Shown here in pieces: positions 58,077 to 64,000 of a DNA stretch of 64,000 bases. Under the pieces are notes generated by a model. That model worked only from the letters and a program-made list of their open reading frames with translations, searched no databases and was not told where the DNA came from. The stretch's first letter is position 1; each line of letters starts with the position of its first letter. Made by a program: the position numbers and the translations under genes. This stretch comes from Phaeosaccion multiseriatum (taxonomy: Eukaryota > Protista > Ochrophyta, other classes): positions 3,968,001-4,032,000 of the forward strand of contig OZ218954.1 of NCBI GenBank assembly GCA_965112735.1, written 5' to 3'.

Positions 58077-60137
58077 CTAAGGGTCCTCCTCCCTGCTTCG
58101 CTTCCTCGGCGGCTCATCCTTCTCCTCCGTCTCCTTGGCCAGCTCGAAGCCGTACAGAGTCATGAGCGCCTTCACCTCCCTCGACATGGCCTCGATGCAG
58201 AAGAAGTCCGCTGCCTGCAGGGCCTGCTGAGCCTTCACCTCGTCAAACAGCTTCACACGCCCCCTCTTCCTCTTTCCTGATGCCTCACTACTACTCCCAC
58301 CGTCTCTTCCGTCACCGCTACCACCGACCGTCTCGGAGCTGCTGCTACTGCTCAGCTGCCCATGGCGCCCTCGGGTAAGCACGCTCTTGACGCTACCTGT
58401 CGTGACGAACTGCACCACAGCTGCAAAGCCCTCCTCGGTAAAGTCCATTCCGTCAAACGTCACCTCCACCTCGTCCTTGGCCTTGCCCTTGATGCCCATG
58501 AAGCCCCGCCCCGCCGGGTCCAGCATGGTGGGGAGACTGCCTGCAGCCGTGTCATGCCTGTCCGGGCCGTCAGAGCTCCCTCCCTCCCCGTCAGTCTTGT
58601 TCATCAGCAGCTCCATCAAGGGTATGCTCAGTGTGTACTGCGTGTCCTTGCTCTTCCCCGTCGTCCTGTCTACCAAGCGCACTCGCACCACTCGGCCCTC
58701 CTTGGCGGCCTCAGAGTAGGCACTGCCGGAAGAGATGTGTCCAGCTATGGTATTGCAAACACGATCAGAAGCATGTCGGGCCCCTCGTTCTTCGCTCAAA
58801 GATGCGGCAACGACATCCCCACAATCGCTCTCGCCCACCAAGGCCATGACTGGCTTGCTGACTGCAGCGCCCATCTCTAGTAGCAGTGCCGTCACCTTCC
58901 TCCTGCCTTCCTTGGACCGGAACAACCCTCCACACCAAAACAGAGATGAAACGTTGTCGTCCTTTGCCATTGATATGCACTCCATCAAGGGGCTGCTCCC
59001 ACCGTCAGTGAGAGCATCGACCTCAGCCCCAGCCTCCAACAGGAGGTACACAAGCCTCATGCTGCCCAGTGCCGCTGCCAGGTGAAGGGGTGCAATGTTG
59101 CCGTCTCGCTTGGCGTTCACATTAGCTCCTGCCTTTATCAGCGAAGCAGCAGCGTCCACCCTCTTGGACTTCAGGGCAGTGTGGAGCGGCGTGTCCTTAA
59201 TGTAATCAGCAGCGTCGAGGGAGGCACCGAGGCGTACGAGCGCTTTCACACAGGTGGACTTGCCGTGCATAGCAGCGTCGTGAAGAGGAGTGCGCTGACG
59301 ACAGTCCTTCGCGTCCACCTTCAGCCCTCGACGGAAGAGGTCGTCGATGAGTTCACTGTGACCGGCAGCAGCGGCCTTGTGCAGGAGAGAGCGATCGAGC
59401 TCGTCCTTCACGTTCAAATCCGCTCCTGCCTCTAGCAGCAAGGACAGGGCCTCCAATCTCGCGCTGGTGCTGCCCCCGTTCCCTGTCCCACAGCAGTGCT
59501 GGACTGGTGTGATGTCAAGCTCGTCGTCTGGCTCATTCACCTCGGCCCCAGCCTTGAGTAGTATGCTCACAGACTCAGGACAAGCAGCTGCTGCGGCACA
59601 GTGCAAGGCGTAGCTATGCTCCACCCTGGCCCCATGCTCCAGAAGGTACGACACGATTATGGGGTCACTTTCGTTCGATGCATCCTCATCAGCTCCACGG
59701 AGGAAACCCGCAGCTGCAGCTAAGGGAACAAAGGCATTAAAATCGTCTTTGTTCACATCTGCACCCTCCTCCACGAGCTCCTGAACCAAGGCGAAATGGC
59801 CCTTCAATGAAGCTTGGACCAGCGCGGTCCTGTGATCACCTCCACCTTCTCCTCGTCTCGCATCAATATCCAGCCCACACTCCTTCAGCAACTTCACGCT
59901 TCCCCGCATCTGCAACCCCTTCTCCTCCATGGTGATCTTGTCCATCTCAGCAAGAGCGTGGAGAGGCGTGCCGTCCTGCCTCCTCTTCAGCAAGTCAAAG
60001 TCGATCGTGGAGAGCACGGCTGCAAGGACAAGCGAAAGCTCGTCCACACCAATGCCCTTGTTTCCCCCAATCTCGTTGCTGCTGCTCCCATCACGCCACT
60101 CGTGAATCCGCTGCAGCGCTTCCTCCATAGTCACCAT
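58077..60137 (-). CDS. Intronless ankyrin-repeat protein with a C-terminal BTB/POZ-like domain
   Basis: Single ORF (first ATG at 60137). About 9 ANK repeats (RTPLHDAAMHG, DTPLHTAL, APLHLAAALG). C-terminus VTFDGMDFTEEGFAAVVQFVTTG..ALQAADFFCIEAM resembles BTB helices; basic PPRKRSR tail. Confidence 0.85.
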   Translation of the reverse strand: MVTMEEALQRIHEWRDGSSSNEIGGNKGIGVDELSLVLAAVLSTIDFDLLKRRQDGTPLHALAEMDKITMEEKGLQMRGSVKLLKECGLDIDARRGEGGGDHRTALVQASLKGHFALVQELVEEGADVNKDDFNAFVPLAAAAGFLRGADEDASNESDPIIVSYLLEHGARVEHSYALHCAAAAACPESVSILLKAGAEVNEPDDELDITPVQHCCGTGNGGSTSARLEALSLLLEAGADLNVKDELDRSLLHKAAAAGHSELIDDLFRRGLKVDAKDCRQRTPLHDAAMHGKSTCVKALVRLGASLDAADYIKDTPLHTALKSKRVDAAASLIKAGANVNAKRDGNIAPLHLAAALGSMRLVYLLLEAGAEVDALTDGGSSPLMECISMAKDDNVSSLFWCGGLFRSKEGRRKVTALLLEMGAAVSKPVMALVGESDCGDVVAASLSEERGARHASDRVCNTIAGHISSGSAYSEAAKEGRVVRVRLVDRTTGKSKDTQYTLSIPLMELLMNKTDGEGGSSDGPDRHDTAAGSLPTMLDPAGRGFMGIKGKAKDEVEVTFDGMDFTEEGFAAVVQFVTTGSVKSVLTRGRHGQLSSSSSSETVGGSGDGRDGGSSSEASGKRKRGRVKLFDEVKAQQALQAADFFCIEAMSREVKALMTLYGFELAKETEEKDEPPRKRSREEDP

Positions 60138-60545
60138 TACCAACGTATAAAGAGCTGTCGAGGTCGGGTCATTCAAATTTGGTAGAAATGCGCATCTGTG
60201 ATTTTGCGTGGAGGTGGAATGCCCCCACTTGGCGTACCCACCAGTTTCAGTTTCAGTTGATTAGCCCATCCGGGGGGGGGGGGGGCGAGTGCTTCAGACC
60301 GTAGACCCGCGCTTGCTGCACGGGGCGGTTTGTACGGAGACTACTGTGGATATAACCCTCTACGTCCTAGTCGGCGCCCCCCGGGGAGCTGGAGGGAACT
60401 CTATAAGTCAATAAACACCCACCCACTGCTGCAGTCACCGTGGCACCTTGAGGAGAAAGAGGGGAAAAAATAAAAGTCAGCAAAGCCTTTACGGGCTTTA
60501 TGAGCGTATTTATTGAACGCGGGAGGGGGGTTACCGACAGCTCCT

Positions 60546-62327
60546 CTACGGGCCCTCTCTGCTTCGCTTCCTCGGCGGCTCATCCTTCTCCTCCGTCTCC
60601 TTGGCCAGCTCGAAGCCGTACAGAGTCATGAGCGCCTTCACCTCCCTCGACATGGCCTCGATGCAGAAGAAGTCCGCTGCCTGCAGAGCCTGCTCCGCTC
60701 TCACCTCGTCAAACAGTTTCAAACGCTCCCTCTTCCTCTTTGCTGATGGCTCACTGCTACTACCACCGTCTCTTCCGTCACCGCTACCACCGACCGTCTC
60801 GGAGCTGCTGCTACTGCTCAGCTGCCCATGGCTCCCTCGGGTAAGCAGGCTCTTGACGCTACCCGTCGTGACGAACTGCACCACAGCCGCAAAGCCCTCC
60901 TCGGTAAAGTCCACTCTGTCAAACGTCACATCCACCTCGTCCTTGGCCTTGCCCTTGATGCCCATGACGCCCCTCCCCGCCGGGTCCAGCATTGTGGAGA
61001 GACTGCCAGCAGCCGTGTCATGCCTGTCCGAGCCGTCAGAGCTCCCTCCCTCTCCCCCAGTCTTGTTCATCAGCAGCGCCATGAGAGGAATGCTCAGTGT
61101 GTACTGCGTCTCCTTTCTCTTCCCCGTTGTCCTGTCTACCAAGCGCACTCGCACCACACGACCCTCCTTGGCGGCCTCAGAGTAGGCAAAGCCGGAAGAG
61201 ATGTGTCCAGCTATGGTGTTGCAAACACGGTCAGAGTCAGATAGTGCCGCTCGATCTTTACTCCAGGACGCGGTGATGACATCCCCACAATCGCTCTCTC
61301 CAGCCAGGGCCATGACATGGTGATGGCAGCGCCCATCTCCAGCAGGAGTGCCGCCACCTTCTCCCTTCCTTCCTTCGATCCTGACCACCCTCCATACCCA
61401 AACACGGCTGACACATTGTCACCCTTTCTGGGAGACATGCACACCATCACGGGGCTGCTCCCCGTGGTGGTCAGAGCGTCGACCTCAGCCCCAGCCTCCA
61501 GCAGGAGGTACGCAAGCCTCATGCTGCCCAGTGCCGCTACCAGATGAAGGGGGTGTAATGTTGCCGTTTCGCTTGGCGTTCACATTAGCTCTTGCGTCGA
61601 TCAGCTCGGCTGCCATGTCCACCTCCTCGCACTGCAGGGCACTGTGGAGCGGCGTGCCCTTAGTGGAATCAGCAGCGTCGAGGGAGGCACCGAGGCGTAC
61701 GAGCGCTTTCACACAGGTGGACTTGCCGTGTGAAGCAGCGTCGTGAAGAGGAGTGCGCAGACCGTTGTCCTTCGCGTCCACCTCCAGCCCTCGATGGAAG
61801 AGGTCGTCGATGAGTTGGTAGCAGCGGCCTTGTGCAGAAGAGAGCGATCGACCTCGTCCTTCACGTTCAAATCCGCTCCTGCCTCTAGCAGCAAGGACAG
61901 GGCCTCCAATCTCGCGCTGGTGCTGCCCCTGTTCCCAGTCCCACAGCAAAGCTGGACTGGTGTGCTTTCACGCCCGTCGTCTGGCTCATTCACCTCGGCC
62001 CCAGCCTTGAGTAGTATGCTCACAGACTCAGGACAAGCAGCTGCTGCGGCACAGTGCAAGGCGTAGCTATCCTCTACCCTGGCCCCATGCCCCAGCAGGT
62101 ACGACACGATTATGGGTATACTTTCGTTCGATGCATCTCTCTCAGCTACACGGTGGGAACACGCAGCTGCAGCTAAGGGAACAAGGGCATAGGCCTACAC
62201 ATCATCTTTGTTCACACCTCCACCCTCCTCCACGAGCTTCTGAACCAAAGCGAAGTGGCCCTTCAATGTAGCTTGGACCAGCGCGGCCCTGCCATGGTCC
62301 TCCTCATCACTCATGTCAATGTCCAGC
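60546..62327 (-). pseudogene. Decayed, 5'-truncated tandem copy of the ankyrin-BTB gene
   Basis: Colinear with 58077-59880 at high identity. Frameshifts at ~61320, ~61550 and ~61820 (10-nt deletion), plus an in-frame TAG at ~62195 (KDDV*AYA). Confidence 0.85.
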
Positions 62328-62570
62328 AAACACTTTTACTCATCACCGCCGTCGGACAACCCCGCGAAATCCTCTCTTTCTTCCTCTTTAAGGGCCGTTC
62401 TTTTTAGTCTCGGCTCGGCACTAAATCACGGCTCGGCACTAAAACGTACGCCTGTGCGTCTTGCCCCGCCCAAGCCACACAACACAGAGTAAGGCCGGAA
62501 GAGGAGCGAAAGGGAAACTCAAGCCAAGCCTGTTGCCAACCAGTCCAGTCGAGAACAACAAGCAACGACG

Positions 62571-63857
62571 ATGAGCGCACTCGAGGAGCAGCGTAGGGTG
62601 CTAATGGCCCTCTTCTTGGCCACGGGCGGCGAGAGGTGGAGCAACAACAAAGGATGGAATTCGGACTTACCTCTGGAGGAGTGGTACGGGGTGGTCGTGG
62701 AGGGCGGGTACGTCCAGGCGCTCCGCCTCTCCGGGAACAGGCTGGTAGGGAAGATCCCGTCTGAGATTGGCGGACTCGGGCGGCTGGCCTATCTAGATCT
62801 CTCGCAGAACAGGGACCTTAATGGAAACATTCCGGCGCAGGTAGGAGAACTCCGTGAGCTAACCTATCTGCGGCTCTCCTACTGCGACCTCAGCGGGAGC
62901 ATTCCACCGGAACTCGGGAATCTTACTCAGCTGGCCTATCTGGACCTCTCGGATAACAAAGAGCTTAGTGGCAACATTCCGGCGCAGATAGGAGACCTCC
63001 GTGAGCTAACCGAGCTGCGTCTCTCCAGCTGCAACCTCAGCGGGGGTATTCCACCGGAGCTCGGGAATCTTACCCAGCTGGCCTATCTGGAGCTCTCGGA
63101 TAACAAAGAGCTTAGTGGCAACATTCCGGCGCAGATAGGAGACCTCCGTGAGCTAACCTATCTGCGGCTTTTCGGCTGCAACCTCAGCGGGAGCATTCCA
63201 CCGGAACTCGGGAATCTTACCCAGCTGGGCTATCTGAACCTCTCAAGGAACAAGAAGCTTAGTGGAAACATACCGGCGCAGGTAGGAGACCTCGGTGAGC
63301 TAACCGTTCTGGAGCTCTACAGCTGCAACCTCAGCGGGAGCATTCCACCGGAACTTGGGAATCTTACCCAGCTGACCAAGCTTGACATTTCCTTCAACAA
63401 TCTCAGCGGCAAGATACCCTCTGCGCTTGGACTCCTGAGCCAGTTGCTGTCACTCCGTGTTGGCTCGAACCAGCTCCGCGGCCAGCTGCCCTCTGCGCTT
63501 GGAAGTTTGAGCCAGCTTACTGAACTCTCCCTCAGCAGCAACGAGTTACGTGGAACCATTCCGCGAGAGCTTGGAAGCCTCAAATGGCTGCGCAGGCTCA
63601 ACCTCTACCCAAACGACTTCCATGAGGAGAGGTTGGAGCTACATGACCTACAGCAGAGGTGGGCAGCGTACGTCGAGTGGGCGCAGAGTGGGGCTGCCAC
63701 ACCAGCAGAGGCGGCAAGCACCGTGAGAGGTCTGAAAGTGCCGCTGGAAGAACTGAATGCTCTGCAACAGAGGGTGGGAGATTTGATGGCAAGGCTGCAA
63801 GAGAGAGACAATGAGGTGAAGACACTCACAGCGAGACTGCTGCTCCGCGACCCCTGA
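62571..63857 (+). CDS. Intronless leucine-rich-repeat protein (plant-type LRRs) with C-terminal coiled coil
   Basis: N-cap LMALFLATGGERWSNNKGW..EWYGV; about 12 LxxLxLxxNxLSGxIPxxLG repeats, including four near-identical 147-bp double repeats (62784-63371). No signal peptide or TM segment. Confidence 0.92.
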   Translation: MSALEEQRRVLMALFLATGGERWSNNKGWNSDLPLEEWYGVVVEGGYVQALRLSGNRLVGKIPSEIGGLGRLAYLDLSQNRDLNGNIPAQVGELRELTYLRLSYCDLSGSIPPELGNLTQLAYLDLSDNKELSGNIPAQIGDLRELTELRLSSCNLSGGIPPELGNLTQLAYLELSDNKELSGNIPAQIGDLRELTYLRLFGCNLSGSIPPELGNLTQLGYLNLSRNKKLSGNIPAQVGDLGELTVLELYSCNLSGSIPPELGNLTQLTKLDISFNNLSGKIPSALGLLSQLLSLRVGSNQLRGQLPSALGSLSQLTELSLSSNELRGTIPRELGSLKWLRRLNLYPNDFHEERLELHDLQQRWAAYVEWAQSGAATPAEAASTVRGLKVPLEELNALQQRVGDLMARLQERDNEVKTLTARLLLRDP

Positions 63858-64000
63858 CGTGCTACCTGCTACCTGCTCTACCGGCGCATCAGCCGGTCTT
63901 GACCTGCTACCGGCCAGCCGGCCGGACCTGGGCGGCGTCAGTCGGCTTGTTCGGCCAATCCCTCACAGGTAAACTGTCGAGATCTGCACGGGACATTATA

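Noticed and set aside
62841-62930. Cryptic in-frame exitron in the LRR gene (CAG|GTAGGA donor, CTAAC, TTACTCAG acceptor repeated every 147 bp)
   Set aside because: Removing 90+147n nt breaks the LRR register, and the signals follow from the encoded residues; no evidence without RNA data.

Overview
Intron-rich eukaryotic nuclear DNA, most likely from a photosynthetic stramenopile (ochrophyte). Two genes have signal peptide + 'AF(AP)' bipartite plastid presequences, and there are centriole/dynein-assembly genes and a brown-alga-type LRR N-cap. Manual splicing (GT-AG, plus one well-supported and one probable GC-AG intron) supports about 14 protein genes and one pseudogene. In order: NAK-family kinase (3'-partial), JmjC demethylase (KDM2/KDM7 type), secreted M43 metalloprotease, small membrane protein, HIPL1/HHIP-like GSDH protein, FOP/CEP43-like protein, SF3B6, plastid-targeted DAO-family oxidoreductase, PDZ-like/PX/VPS9 protein, coiled-coil protein, DUF6816-like plastid protein, PIH1D2-like protein, then an intronless terminal block (ankyrin-BTB gene, its decayed tandem copy, and an LRR gene). 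Most long ORFs in the supplied track are artefacts of micro/minisatellites. Most striking observations: (1) a 15-bp word, CAGTTGGTGATACAG, recurs about 17 times in exons (both strands, different reading frames), introns and a UTR, usually inside CAG tracts, and two other dispersed words behave similarly; (2) an unnamed Cys-rich 'GGxGC...CR(F/Y)C' triple module is shared by two neighbouring secreted enzymes; (3) the LRR gene's 147-bp repeats vary mainly at solvent-exposed codons; (4) many introns have G-rich 5' and complementary C-rich 3' repeat ends. All exon boundaries and family assignments were made by eye, without database searches.
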